A stretch of 64,000 nucleotides of DNA, from NCBI GenBank assembly GCA_049509455.1, contig JBEKZX010000003.1:1099-65098 (forward strand). Direction: 5' to 3'. The stretch comes from Conexivisphaerales archaeon (GTDB taxonomy: Archaea > Thermoproteota > Nitrososphaeria > Conexivisphaerales > DTJL01). This document shows positions 19,043-28,001 of this stretch, in pieces. Below the pieces are notes generated by a model that saw nothing but the letters and a program-made list of their open reading frames with translations, was not told the DNA's origin and did not search any database. Position 1 is the first letter of the stretch; each line of letters starts with the position of its first letter. The translations under genes were made by a program, and so were the position numbers.

Positions 19043-19163
19043 TGGCGCCGGGAGAGGGATTTGAACCCTCGAGGCCATTGCTGGCCACAGGCTTCCTGAC
19101 CTGAGGGCTCCAGGCGTGGGCTTCCTCACGGAACTGCCCCCTACCAGGCTAGGGTACCCCGGC
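19043..19163 (-). tRNA. tRNA-Ser(GGA), 121 nt with encoded CCA, two putative introns (19116-19133 and 19094-19107)
   Basis: Acceptor GCCGGGG/TCCCGGC, D arm CCCT-AGCCTGGTA-GGGG, T arm GAGGG-TTCAAAT-CCCTC, discriminator G, and long variable arm GGCC-AGCAAT-GGCC. The anticodon arm CAGGC-CTGGAGA-GCCTG forms only after two BHB-flanked segments are removed. Confidence 0.75.
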
Positions 19164-19189
19164 CCAGCTTCCTAGTGAAAATCCGGGAG

Positions 19190-19200
19190 TTAAAAAACGT
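19190..19200 (-). promoter_or_regulatory. Putative TATA box for tRNA-Ser; its T-run may also terminate cbf5
   Basis: The minus strand reads CGTTTTTTAAC about 30 nt upstream of the tRNA 5' end and about 20 nt after the cbf5 stop. Confidence 0.35.
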
Positions 19201-19217
19201 GCTTCTGCGGTGACGTA

Positions 19218-20234
19218 CTAAGGCGACCCTTCGGTCACGGCTGGGGGCGAAGTCTTCCAGGCCTTCGGATAGGTTCCTGCGGGCATGACGACCCTGTCAA
19301 GGACGCAGGCCACCCCCTTTTCGGCCTCGTAGATCTCGTCGAACGACATCTTTGTTGTGGCCAGTGCGACTATCTCTCCCTTCTGCGAGTACACGGCGAC
19401 GGCCTCATCCCTGGCCAGGCTGCCCGAAGCCCTGGCAATCCCCGGGACCGTGAGGGTGGCCCCGTGGCAGAGAGCGTCGACTGCGGAGTCCTTCACCACG
19501 ACGTACTTGACATGAGTTAGGGCCCTTTCGATGGGCCACACGCATTCGCGAAGGAGCTCGTCGTCGCCATTCTCCTTGTAGAGGGAAACCGCCAGCGCCA
19601 GCTCATGGAGCCTGACGAGCCCTCCCGCTTCTGTGAGGTCGCTGACCCTGGTCCTCCTCAGCTCAATGAGGGAGGCCCCTACGCCCAGGATCTCACCCAT
19701 GTCGTAGATGAGCTTCCTGACGTAGGTGCCAGCCTGGCAGAGGACCCTGAGAAGCACTATGTTGCCGTCTCGTTCGATGGCTTCGAGCTCGTAAATCGTC
19801 CTAACCCTTCTGACCCTCTTGACGCTCGAGCGTTCGGGGGGTTTCTGGAAGATGTCGCCGACGAACTCGCTCAGGATCGAGTTGAGCTCGAATTCTCCCA
19901 CCGGACTGTGGAGCCTCATCACGGCGTAGTACTGCTTGGGGCCTATGAGAAGGGTGGAGAGGGCTTTGGTGCCATCGCCGAGGGCGATGGGCAGGAGGCC
20001 GGTGGCGGGCGGGTCGAGCGTGCCACTGTGGCCAGCCCGCTTAGCCCCAAGAAGCTGCCTCACCCAAGCCACCACTTGGCTGCTCGTCTGCCCAGCGGGC
20101 TTGTCCAGTGGAATGATGGAGAAATTCAGCAGATCGGCGACGGGTCTCCGGTCTGGGAAGTGACCGTAGGCGCCTTCCGAATCCTCGGCGACCAGCTCTA
20201 GGTCCCTGAAAATGGACTCCCTGAGGGCGCTCAA
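19218..20234 (-). CDS. cbf5: tRNA/rRNA pseudouridine synthase Cbf5 (TruB family with C-terminal PUA)
   Basis: GHSGTLDPPATGLLPIALGDGTK catalytic-Asp motif, ~338-aa length, and the conserved position after cmk. Confidence 0.92.
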   Translation of the reverse strand: MSALRESIFRDLELVAEDSEGAYGHFPDRRPVADLLNFSIIPLDKPAGQTSSQVVAWVRQLLGAKRAGHSGTLDPPATGLLPIALGDGTKALSTLLIGPKQYYAVMRLHSPVGEFELNSILSEFVGDIFQKPPERSSVKRVRRVRTIYELEAIERDGNIVLLRVLCQAGTYVRKLIYDMGEILGVGASLIELRRTRVSDLTEAGGLVRLHELALAVSLYKENGDDELLRECVWPIERALTHVKYVVVKDSAVDALCHGATLTVPGIARASGSLARDEAVAVYSQKGEIVALATTKMSFDEIYEAEKGVACVLDRVVMPAGTYPKAWKTSPPAVTEGSP

Positions 20235-20247
20235 AGCTGCCCTCCTA

Positions 20248-20805
20248 TCACGGAAGGAGCTCCGCGTAAAGTTTGACCACGTCGCTCACCTTCTCTGCTT
20301 CTATGAGCTCAGTGTCGAGGACCAAGTGGAAGACTGATAGGTCCTTGTCGAACTCGTATCCATAGAGCTTCCGGTAGAGCTCCGCGTTCTGCGAGTCGCG
20401 GACGTTCACAACCTTGATGGCCTGTTCGAAGGTCAGGTTGTCCCTCCCAGCCATCCTTCCGGCGCGAATCTTCTTCGACCCCTTGAGCCAGACCTTTATC
20501 CCTTCCTTGCAGATCCAGGGGAGGGCGTAGCTGGTAATAACGTAGCCTCCCTTCTGCGCCAGCTTCTCCAGGCGCTTGTCGACCTCCAGGTCGTACTTCG
20601 AGTCCTCGCTCCTCTCCAGAAGGAACCTCCTTCCAGAAGGAGTGTCCCACCAGTCCTCGCCGCTGACTTCGTAGCCCTCCTCAGCCGCCAGTTCCTTCAG
20701 GAGGTCCCCCCCGGAGACATACTTGAGAGGAAGCTGAGATGCCAGAATCTTGGCCACCGTCGTCTTGCCGACGGCGGGAGGGCCAGAGATAACAACGGTA
20801 TCCAT
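20248..20805 (-). CDS. cmk: Cytidylate kinase (archaeal type)
   Basis: P-loop ISGPPAVGKTTVAKILA. The start was moved to MDTVV (20805) to avoid overlap with the upstream gene. Confidence 0.85.
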   Translation of the reverse strand: MDTVVISGPPAVGKTTVAKILASQLPLKYVSGGDLLKELAAEEGYEVSGEDWWDTPSGRRFLLERSEDSKYDLEVDKRLEKLAQKGGYVITSYALPWICKEGIKVWLKGSKKIRAGRMAGRDNLTFEQAIKVVNVRDSQNAELYRKLYGYEFDKDLSVFHLVLDTELIEAEKVSDVVKLYAELLP

Positions 20806-20815
20806 AGAACAAGAC

Positions 20816-21325
20816 CTACGGATTGGTGCCCATCGCGCGGGCGATGACAAGGTTCGAGACGAACGACACTACGAAGTACCACGTGATGAAGTTCATGAGA
20901 GGGAGATTGATGTTGGCAACCATACCGGCCTTGATGTAGTTCAAGAAGTTGAAAGCGTAAGGTGAGACGGCCACGTGGGTGTTGTAGCCTACCACGGTCC
21001 CGAGGAGCGTAAGGACTGCCAGGAGCGGGATGGTGAAATATAGGCTCACCTTCAGACGCACGGACGAAGTCTTGAGCATCTTGTCTTGAGCCACCTTCTG
21101 TTTTTTCTTTGCCTTATCAATCCTACCCTGGTCGCCCGACTTCAGAGCTTCCCTGTACTCCTTCATGGCTTCGTTAGATTCGATCCTGACGAGCCTCTCA
21201 GCCTTGACGTCCACCTTCATCTTGGTTATGAAATTAGTGATCAGGCTGAGAGTGATCGAGATGCCCAGAATCAGTAGTGTGACGTTGGGGATACTCTGGT
21301 ACCAAAGAGTCAATCTCAATTTCAC
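20816..21325 (-). CDS. DUF106/EMC3-like membrane protein (archaeal YidC/Oxa1-like)
   Basis: TM - charged coiled region (KEYREALKSGDQGRIDKAKKKQKVAQDKM) - two TM architecture. It holds the conserved slot between adk and cmk. Confidence 0.7.
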   Translation of the reverse strand: MKLRLTLWYQSIPNVTLLILGISITLSLITNFITKMKVDVKAERLVRIESNEAMKEYREALKSGDQGRIDKAKKKQKVAQDKMLKTSSVRLKVSLYFTIPLLAVLTLLGTVVGYNTHVAVSPYAFNFLNYIKAGMVANINLPLMNFITWYFVVSFVSNLVIARAMGTNP

Positions 21326-21331
21326 CTCTTC

Positions 21332-21925
21332 TTAGGGACGCAGGTTGAGGGAACCAAGGAGATCCTCGACTGCTTCGTCCGAGCGGTTTTCCCTGTTATT
21401 AACTATTGTCATCGTAGCCCCCGTCGTGGCCGCGGCCACCACCAGGAACTCCCTCGAGAGAGAAAGCTCCTCTTCGACCTCAGCCCTGACCTCTGAATCC
21501 CTGTGACGCGAAGCATCCTTCATCCGCCGACCCATTATCTCCTTGACGGGGGCCTGGACCAAGACCACCTGCGACGGCTTGAGGAGCTGCAGCACGTCCA
21601 ACGGAAGGCCGGGAAAGTATCCTTCAGAGGTCCTGATGAAGAAGTGAGTGTCGACGAAGACCAACTCGTTCTGTAGCTCGGAGATCTTCCTGGCCGCCTC
21701 CAGCTGAAGCTGCTTCTGCTGGAAGACGGGGAGCCTCCTCATCTGGTCCCTGTCCGTCAAGCCCATCTTATGGGCTTCGTCGAACATGAAAGAGCCGAGC
21801 GTGACCACTACGGCGTCATGACCTTCCTTCCTCAGCCTCTCCGCAGCCATCGTTATGACGGTGGTCTTCCCTACTCCGGGAAGGCCTCCGGCCACGATGC
21901 GCCTACCGCTGGCCAATGAGGCCAC
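21332..21925 (-). CDS. adkA: Adenylate kinase, archaeal type
   Basis: P-loop GGLPGVGKTTV, ~195 aa, immediately downstream of secY. Confidence 0.88.
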   Translation of the reverse strand: MASLASGRRIVAGGLPGVGKTTVITMAAERLRKEGHDAVVVTLGSFMFDEAHKMGLTDRDQMRRLPVFQQKQLQLEAARKISELQNELVFVDTHFFIRTSEGYFPGLPLDVLQLLKPSQVVLVQAPVKEIMGRRMKDASRHRDSEVRAEVEEELSLSREFLVVAAATTGATMTIVNNRENRSDEAVEDLLGSLNLRP

Positions 21926-23324
21926 TCAGCCGAGGCATCAGGCTCTCGACCTGCTCCTTGACCAGCATCTGGTAATACTGCAATATGATATCTATCATCA
22001 ACAGCAGGCCTATGCCTGAGCCGAACACGCCTAGCACATCTGACACTCCGGCTAGGAGACCCACTATGATGCCTCCGAGAACCGTCACGGCGGGTATGTA
22101 CTTCTGCAGCACGACCTTCACTGTAGATGTCGTGCTCCTGAACCCGGGGACCTGCACCTGAGCGTCGAGGAGGCTCTTGGCGGCCTTCTCGGCGGACATC
22201 CCACCCAGCTCCACCCAAAGCTTGGCGAACAGGACGCTCATCAGCACCCAGAACAGGATGTATGTAAGGCATCGGAGCGGATCGGCCGCGGCGGCCGACA
22301 GGGACCCCGGTGCCGACATATAGTAGAGTAGGCCGCCCCGGAGCTGGGGTCCGGTCTGGCCCAAAGTCGAGTTGGCGGGGACGTAATAGGAAATGCCGTT
22401 CAGGAGGGTGTTCGTGCCCAAAGAATTGAAGCGCGAATAAAGGAGGAGAGTGAAGAACTGGAAGTTGGCTATCAGGGCCCCCACCAGGATGACGGGAATG
22501 TTCGAAACGTAGAGCAGCTTGATCGGGTAGACTCCGGTGAAGCCCTTATACTTCGTGGAGGTCACGGGCACCTCTATCCTGACACCCTCAATGTAGACTA
22601 TCACCAGGAGGACCCCGAGGGTGGCAACGAGGGCGATGAGGCCGGGGTAGCTCCCCCTGTAAAGGAGGGAGGAGAAGTCTCCGCGAATGGTCGCGTTGAT
22701 CAGGTACGGGAAGAAGCCGTAGTAGACAGGGCTGGCGATGGGGCTGAAGAGGTCCAACATGAACTGCAGCGCCACCCCCGCACAGATGAAAAGCGAGATG
22801 CCGCTGCCTATCCCCCAGCCCTTCTGCACCATTTGGTCCAGGAGGAAAACCATGATGGAGGCGCCTATGAGTTGAATTACCACAATGACGGTTGTCGTCA
22901 GGGAGAGGCCCGTGCCCAGGTAGCCGCTGAAGACGTAGAGGGTCGCCTCGCCGATGATGAACAGGAAAGTGAATACCTTGTTGAAGGCCGAAAAGATGGA
23001 CCTATCCTCAGGCTTTGAAAAGTCGAGGTGGATTAGCTCCGAGCCCACGAGCAGCTGCGAAATCAAGCCTGCGGTGACTATGGGGCCGATGCCTAGCTCC
23101 ATCAGGGAGCCCTGGGTGGAGGCGAAGATGACGCGGAGCGCCGCAGGAGACGTGCTCTGGCCGACGGTGGAGATTCCGTAGAGGGGGATCTCGGACATGA
23201 CCAGGAACATAACGAGCGCGATAGCAGTCCATAGGAACTTCTCGTTTAGCGACGGCTGACGAGTAGGCTTGGGGACTTCCGGGAGTACCGAAGCCGCGCC
23301 CCTTATGACGTCCCCCACGGCCAA
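21903..23324 (-). CDS. secY: Preprotein translocase subunit SecY
   Basis: A 473-aa polytopic membrane protein with SecY-like segments (GIGPIVTAGLI..., GTGLS...), positioned after L15. Confidence 0.95.
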   Translation of the reverse strand: MAVGDVIRGAASVLPEVPKPTRQPSLNEKFLWTAIALVMFLVMSEIPLYGISTVGQSTSPAALRVIFASTQGSLMELGIGPIVTAGLISQLLVGSELIHLDFSKPEDRSIFSAFNKVFTFLFIIGEATLYVFSGYLGTGLSLTTTVIVVIQLIGASIMVFLLDQMVQKGWGIGSGISLFICAGVALQFMLDLFSPIASPVYYGFFPYLINATIRGDFSSLLYRGSYPGLIALVATLGVLLVIVYIEGVRIEVPVTSTKYKGFTGVYPIKLLYVSNIPVILVGALIANFQFFTLLLYSRFNSLGTNTLLNGISYYVPANSTLGQTGPQLRGGLLYYMSAPGSLSAAAADPLRCLTYILFWVLMSVLFAKLWVELGGMSAEKAAKSLLDAQVQVPGFRSTTSTVKVVLQKYIPAVTVLGGIIVGLLAGVSDVLGVFGSGIGLLLMIDIILQYYQMLVKEQVESLMPRLSGLIGQR

Positions 23325-23331
23325 GCTTCAG

Positions 23332-23760
23332 CTATGCCTCCCGTATCTTCCCGCCGGCGCCTTCCAATTTGGCCTTGGCTCGCTCGGTGAACTTGGGAAC
23401 GGTGACCAGATATCCGGAGCCCAGATCGCCGCCGCCCAGCAACTTGTCGATGCCCAGCTTCGTCAGGTCCAAGTGCCAAAGTCCTTCACTCTCTTCCACC
23501 TTGCTCTTCTCGGAAAGCTTCTGATAGAGAGCGTCAAGGTCGCCGACGTTTATCCAAGTGTAGGTGTGCACTGCCGTCGGGTTCACGAAGCCGTGGACCC
23601 CGAAGTAGTCAGGGTCGTAGGTCGTGACCCAGCTCCACTTGAACTTGTGCAACCCGGCATGCCCTCTGCCGCCTGGATGCTTCCGGTGCTGGCTTATCTG
23701 GCCGTAGCCAACCGTCCGGGTGCCTCTCATCCTTCTATGTTTTCGCAGCCTGGTGGGCAT
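23332..23760 (-). CDS. rpl15: 50S ribosomal protein L15 (uL15)
   Basis: RLRKHRRMRGTRTVGYG...GGRGHAG motif and operon position. Confidence 0.93.
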   Translation of the reverse strand: MPTRLRKHRRMRGTRTVGYGQISQHRKHPGGRGHAGLHKFKWSWVTTYDPDYFGVHGFVNPTAVHTYTWINVGDLDALYQKLSEKSKVEESEGLWHLDLTKLGIDKLLGGGDLGSGYLVTVPKFTERAKAKLEGAGGKIREA

Positions 23761-23786
23761 TCAACAAACACCTTATCGCCATACTC

Positions 23787-24251
23787 TTAAATCATTCGCT
23801 CCAGGAGCCCCGGAAGCTCTGGGTTCTCCGCGAGCATCCCGCCGGCTCCGTAGTGCTTGATGGTGCTCCGCTTGAAGCCCTTGAGCGGAGGATGGAGCCT
23901 GAAGAAGGGTTTCAGTCCCTCCAGCTTCCTCAGGTCGACCGAGCCGTCGGCTATCTTGGCGGCCAGCTCGTCGACGTCCTTGAACCCTCTGGCCTTGAGC
24001 CACTCGGCGTCGATGCGCTTAGCCCCCACGAGCTCGCCACGCGCTTTCAGGACGGATGCGATGACGTTCGCGTCAACCTCGCACCAGGCCACGAAGGCGG
24101 CGGCCTTCCTAAGCAAACCGATGTAGTCTCTGGTGGAAGGGACGATAGTGGCCGCATAGCGCTGCAGGAGGCCCAGCCTTTCGAGCGAAGCCGCCACGTC
24201 ATGATACATGTTCACCGTGCCGCGCACCCTGATAACCAAGATTTGTGCCAA
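23787..24251 (-). CDS. rpl30: 50S ribosomal protein L30 (uL30)
   Basis: LVIRVRGTVNM...LERLGL pattern, between S5 and L15. Confidence 0.92.
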   Translation of the reverse strand: MAQILVIRVRGTVNMYHDVAASLERLGLLQRYAATIVPSTRDYIGLLRKAAAFVAWCEVDANVIASVLKARGELVGAKRIDAEWLKARGFKDVDELAAKIADGSVDLRKLEGLKPFFRLHPPLKGFKRSTIKHYGAGGMLAENPELPGLLERMI

Positions 24252-24262
24252 TTACCATACAC

Positions 24263-24910
24263 CTACACGTTGAGTAGTTTGTACATCCCCAGGAAGGCGT
24301 CGTAGAGGGCGCTGCTTATGGAGCTCACGGTGCTCGTGTTGCCGAAGGTCTGGGTCCAGGCGTCCTTTATCCCGGCCAAGCCCAAGAGGTTCTTCAGCTT
24401 CTCGCCAGCCACCAAGCCCAGGCCCCTGGGGCCCGGTATAATGACCACCGAGACGCTCCCGCTCTTGCCTTCGAGCCGGAACGGGACGGAGTGAGGCGTT
24501 CCGCAACGGCATTCCCAGCTGCCGCAGCCTTGGACGACGGGCACGATATTGAGCAGGGCGACGTCAGTGGCCTTGTCGATGGCAAGGCGCATCTGCATGG
24601 CCTTGGCATGGCCGACGCCGAACCAGCCGGAATCGTCTCCGACCGCCACGACGGCCCTGAACCGAGTCAGCTCTCCGGCGTCGGTCTGCTTCTGCACGAT
24701 GCCCACGCCGACCACGTAGGTCTTGAGGTTAGGGAGGAGGGCGCGGACTATCTCCGCCTCTTTGATCCTCCAACCATTTTCGAATATCTCCATGAGCGTA
24801 GTGACCTTCCCTTCGGCTACTTCTGCGCCCAGCTTGGTCTTGGGCGTCCAGGGAGCCTCCTCCCTCTCGTCCCTGGGCCGCCTCTGGCCCCTGCCTCGGT
24901 TGTAACTCAT
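24263..24910 (-). CDS. rps5: 30S ribosomal protein S5 (uS5)
   Basis: W.PKTKLG, VVAVGD..G.FGVGHAKA and IIPGPRGLGLVAG motifs. Confidence 0.95.
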   Translation of the reverse strand: MSYNRGRGQRRPRDEREEAPWTPKTKLGAEVAEGKVTTLMEIFENGWRIKEAEIVRALLPNLKTYVVGVGIVQKQTDAGELTRFRAVVAVGDDSGWFGVGHAKAMQMRLAIDKATDVALLNIVPVVQGCGSWECRCGTPHSVPFRLEGKSGSVSVVIIPGPRGLGLVAGEKLKNLLGLAGIKDAWTQTFGNTSTVSSISSALYDAFLGMYKLLNV

Positions 24911-25503
24911 TTCTCTGCTTTCACCTTCAATATCTTAGCCTTGGCCGCCTCAAAGTGCAGAGGCAGCTCCTCCGGCTTGACTCCTGCCTTCAAGAGGCTA
25001 GAGAAGCGGCTCTTGTACCTGTCGGCGTCCGTCTCCTTGAGCTTCGCAGCGAACTCGGCTACGTGTTTGCCCGAGACCCTGTCCTCCTTGGGCAGCGATT
25101 CCTCGCCGACGGGGAGCTTGAAGCCCGCGTCCACTATGCCCTTGACAGCGGCAGCCATCCTGCCGCCCGAGTGATAGGCCCTTACGTTGGTGTAGAGTAT
25201 GGCGTCCTTGATGCCGGCCGAAGTGGCCCTAGCTCCGAGGAGCAGACCCGTAAGGTACGCGCCGGGGATGCTGCGTCGGGACGACTTCCAGCCAAATCCG
25301 AGGAGCTCCCTCGAACTTGCGGAAGCCAGGACCTTGTCACCTCCGGTGCGCGGGCTAATTATCTGAATCGACGTGTTCTTCCCCGAAACGAAGACGTAGA
25401 GCAGAGGCCTCCTTGACACGACGGCCTTCTTCCTCCTTCGGTAGTTCGTCTTGCCTTCTCTCCGGCGTCTGAACAGCGCGATGTACTTCGCCTGCTTGAC
25501 CAA
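24907..25503 (-). CDS. rpl18: 50S ribosomal protein L18 (uL18)
   Basis: RRRREGKTNYRRRKK...PLLYVFVSGKN pattern and operon position. Confidence 0.93.
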   Translation of the reverse strand: MVKQAKYIALFRRRREGKTNYRRRKKAVVSRRPLLYVFVSGKNTSIQIISPRTGGDKVLASASSRELLGFGWKSSRRSIPGAYLTGLLLGARATSAGIKDAILYTNVRAYHSGGRMAAAVKGIVDAGFKLPVGEESLPKEDRVSGKHVAEFAAKLKETDADRYKSRFSSLLKAGVKPEELPLHFEAAKAKILKVKAEK

Positions 25504-25509
25504 CCTCTA

Positions 25510-25956
25510 TCACCTAGACCTCGACTCGGCGATGAGCTCCCTCATCCTTCTCATCGACCTGATTTCGCCGCCCTTAACCTTCTTGTATAGCAGCTTGAGC
25601 TGGTCCGGAGGCAACTCTCCGCGCTGCTTGAGGAGTTTAAGGTACCCCCTGAGAACTCGAACCTGTGCGACCCAACGGTCCTTGCGGGGCATGCGTGCCC
25701 GTTTGGGGCCCTTCTTGGACCCCGCACCCCTGCCTCTGAGGCGTTTCTTCTCCCTGAGTAGATTCTTCCTGCCCGTTGAGATGCCCTTGCGCTGCTCCGC
25801 CCATATCACGCCGCTGTGGATCAGGCGGCGGACGTCAGCGCGAGTAACGGCCTCGTCCACTCTATCCAGCTGCTCGGGGTCGAAGCGGACCCTGTTGATG
25901 CCGACCTTGAGCAGGTCGGCGGACATCCTTCGCTTACTTTGATTCAGCTCTACCAA
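25510..25956 (-). CDS. rpl19e: 50S ribosomal protein L19e (eL19)
   Basis: SKRRMSADLLKVGINRVRFDP and IHSGVIWAEQRKGISTGR motifs. Confidence 0.93.
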   Translation of the reverse strand: MVELNQSKRRMSADLLKVGINRVRFDPEQLDRVDEAVTRADVRRLIHSGVIWAEQRKGISTGRKNLLREKKRLRGRGAGSKKGPKRARMPRKDRWVAQVRVLRGYLKLLKQRGELPPDQLKLLYKKVKGGEIRSMRRMRELIAESRSR

Positions 25957-26353
25957 TCCTCCTCGGGTTGAGTATCTTCAGTCCCAGCTTGACGGACTTG
26001 TCATGTATGGCCTGTCTCTTCCGAGCTCCGACGGTGCGCGCGATTCGGACCGCGAAGACCCTGGAGTCTATTCCGTCCAGCTCCGCGACGTTGTGCACGA
26101 GTTTCTCCATCATGCCCGACGGGTGGAGGCCTCTGGCCGCCTTGGGCGTCCTGTAGCCCACCTTGACGAGAGGTGGGAAGCCCGCCACTTGGAGGCGCAT
26201 CTTGTTGTCGATGCCCTTGGGCTTCCGCCATGAGGGCTTCAGCTTGTCGTACCTCCAGCTCTCTTGCCGTACGAACTTGGGCCTGTGCTCGGCTACCTTG
26301 GCCCTCATCTCTAATAGATCTTTAGCGTCTTTACGCTGGCTGTTTCCTCTCAT
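25934..26353 (-). CDS. rpl32e: 50S ribosomal protein L32e (eL32)
   Basis: HRPKFVRQESWRYDKL..SWRKPKGIDNKMR signature. The start is uncertain: 26353 or 26371, and either overlaps the L6 3' end. Confidence 0.9.
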   Translation of the reverse strand: MRGNSQRKDAKDLLEMRAKVAEHRPKFVRQESWRYDKLKPSWRKPKGIDNKMRLQVAGFPPLVKVGYRTPKAARGLHPSGMMEKLVHNVAELDGIDSRVFAVRIARTVGARKRQAIHDKSVKLGLKILNPRRIGRAESK

Positions 26354-26879
26354 AGATATACACCCCGTCAAGGAATATCCTAACGTCCTTGTCCTTCACC
26401 CTAGTGGCCGACTCGATGTTGGCCGCCGTCTGGCTTACCTCCTCGATGCTTGGGCCTGTCACTATGACGTCATCTCCCTCGGGGGTCACCTTGGTCTGCG
26501 AACCGACGACCTTCGCGACGCGCGGGAACCTCTCGCCGTAGAAGTTCTCGATGTGGACCTCGGGACCCTTGACCTTGATGGTGATGGGGAAGTGGGCATA
26601 GGCCACCTTCAGCTTGTATTTGAAGCCCTGCGTCACACCCTTTATCATGTTGTTCAGGTGGCTCTCGCAGGTGTTGAGGACGGCATGGTCGCTGCGCCTG
26701 GAGCCGAATGCGATGAAATGGATCTCCCTGCCCGACGCCTTGACCTCCACGGGCACCTTGGAGAAGTCCCTGGAAACTTCGCCAAAGGGACCCTTGACGT
26801 TCAGCACGTTGTTCGCTAGCTTGGCTGAAACCTTCTCGGGAAGGGCTATCTTGAGCGTCTCCTTCTCCTTGTTGGCCAT
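26331..26879 (-). CDS. rpl6: 50S ribosomal protein L6 (uL6)
   Basis: Two-domain L6 pattern (...NVKGPFGEVSRDF..., YAHFPITIKV...), between S8 and L32e. Confidence 0.93.
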   Translation of the reverse strand: MANKEKETLKIALPEKVSAKLANNVLNVKGPFGEVSRDFSKVPVEVKASGREIHFIAFGSRRSDHAVLNTCESHLNNMIKGVTQGFKYKLKVAYAHFPITIKVKGPEVHIENFYGERFPRVAKVVGSQTKVTPEGDDVIVTGPSIEEVSQTAANIESATRVKDKDVRIFLDGVYIYERKQPA

Positions 26880-26894
26880 ATTATTCCCCGCTTC

Positions 26895-27287
26895 CTAGTA
26901 GACGTACCCCAGGAGGCGCCCTCCCAAGCCCTTCTGGACGGCGTCATTATGGCTCATCACGCCCTCGCTGGTGGAGACCACCAATATCCCCACGCCGACG
27001 GCCGGCAGGAAGCGCCTTTCCCATTCATAGTAGGCATCCGACCTTACCGGGTAGCGTGGGGTGATGACGCCGCACTTGTTGATCCTTCCCAGGAGCTGAA
27101 CCCTCAGCTTCCCGGTGATCCCGTCGTCGATGAATTCGAATTCGCCGATGTATTTCGCCATCTGCATCACCCTCAGCACTTCCTGAGCGAGCTTGGAGGC
27201 GGGAACTACCAGGCACTCCTTCTTGTTCCTGAGCTCGTTGTTGTACATCGTGGTGAAAAGGTTGGCGAGGACATTAATCGCTGGCAA
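26895..27287 (-). CDS. rps8: 30S ribosomal protein S8 (uS8)
   Basis: LANLFTTMYNNE... and the C-terminal ILVVSTSEGVMSH..A....GGRLLGYVY. Confidence 0.95.
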   Translation of the reverse strand: MPAINVLANLFTTMYNNELRNKKECLVVPASKLAQEVLRVMQMAKYIGEFEFIDDGITGKLRVQLLGRINKCGVITPRYPVRSDAYYEWERRFLPAVGVGILVVSTSEGVMSHNDAVQKGLGGRLLGYVY

Positions 27288-27293
27288 TCTCTA

Positions 27294-27458
27294 TCACTCG
27301 TATTTCTTGAAGCCCATCTTGGGGGCCACTTCTCGGAAGCACTGCCTGCACAGCATCAGTCCGTACTTCTGAATCACGGGGCCGTACTGGCCGCATCTGC
27401 GGCACGGACGGGAGCCCTTGCCGAACTTCCTCGGTTTCCCGTGTCGTTCCTTTGGCAT
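27294..27458 (-). CDS. rps14: 30S ribosomal protein S14 (uS14, zinc type), 54 aa
   Basis: Hand translation gives [54 protein letters not shown] with CxxC...CxxC. It is under 60 aa and so missing from the track; the listed ORF 27274..27471 is the wrong frame. Confidence 0.92.
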   Translation of the reverse strand: MPKERHGKPRKFGKGSRPCRRCGQYGPVIQKYGLMLCRQCFREVAPKMGFKKYE

Positions 27459-27467
27459 GCCAGAATA

Positions 27468-28001
27468 TCACCTAATCTCCACGCCGAACGTCGTCTTGAA
27501 AAAGGAGATTGCCTCCTTCTTCGTCACCCTCTGCCGCCTCCCGGGGCGAGCTTGGGCGCGTCTCCTCCTCCCTACTCGGAGGCCTTGCTTCTCAAGGGAG
27601 ACGCAGACGTCCATCCCGAAAATCCCGACGGTTGGGTCGTATCGGACGCCCGGGATGTCGATATGCTCCTTGATCCCGAAGGCCATGTTCCCCAAGTCGT
27701 CGAAGGATGACTCGTTGACTACATTGGATTTAGCCTGCAGCAGGTTCCGCAGTACGTCGGTGGCCTTGTCCTTCCTCACCGTCACGACCACCGCAATGGG
27801 CTCACCAAGGTGGATGCCGAAGTCCCTCACCGTCTTCTTGGCTTTCCGCTGGCTGGGCTTCTGCTCGGTCAGCGTCTCAAGGACCTTGGATGCTCTCTCC
27901 ACCATCTCGCCTGACTTGCCAGGGGCGATGTTTAGCACAATCTTGCCGAGAGAGACCGTGGCGGCAGGTTTGATTTCCTGGGCCGACGCGTCAGCCGACA
28001 T
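27468..28001 (-). CDS. rpl5: 50S ribosomal protein L5 (uL5)
   Basis: KIVLNIAPG..., FGIKEHIDIPGVRYDP.VGIFGMDV motifs. Confidence 0.95.
   Translation of the reverse strand: MSADASAQEIKPAATVSLGKIVLNIAPGKSGEMVERASKVLETLTEQKPSQRKAKKTVRDFGIHLGEPIAVVVTVRKDKATDVLRNLLQAKSNVVNESSFDDLGNMAFGIKEHIDIPGVRYDPTVGIFGMDVCVSLEKQGLRVGRRRRAQARPGRRQRVTKKEAISFFKTTFGVEIR

Noticed and set aside
27274-27471. Listed 65-aa minus-strand ORF in the S8-L5 gap.
   Set aside because: It is in the wrong frame. The true gene here is the 54-aa zinc-type S14, in another frame at 27294..27458.
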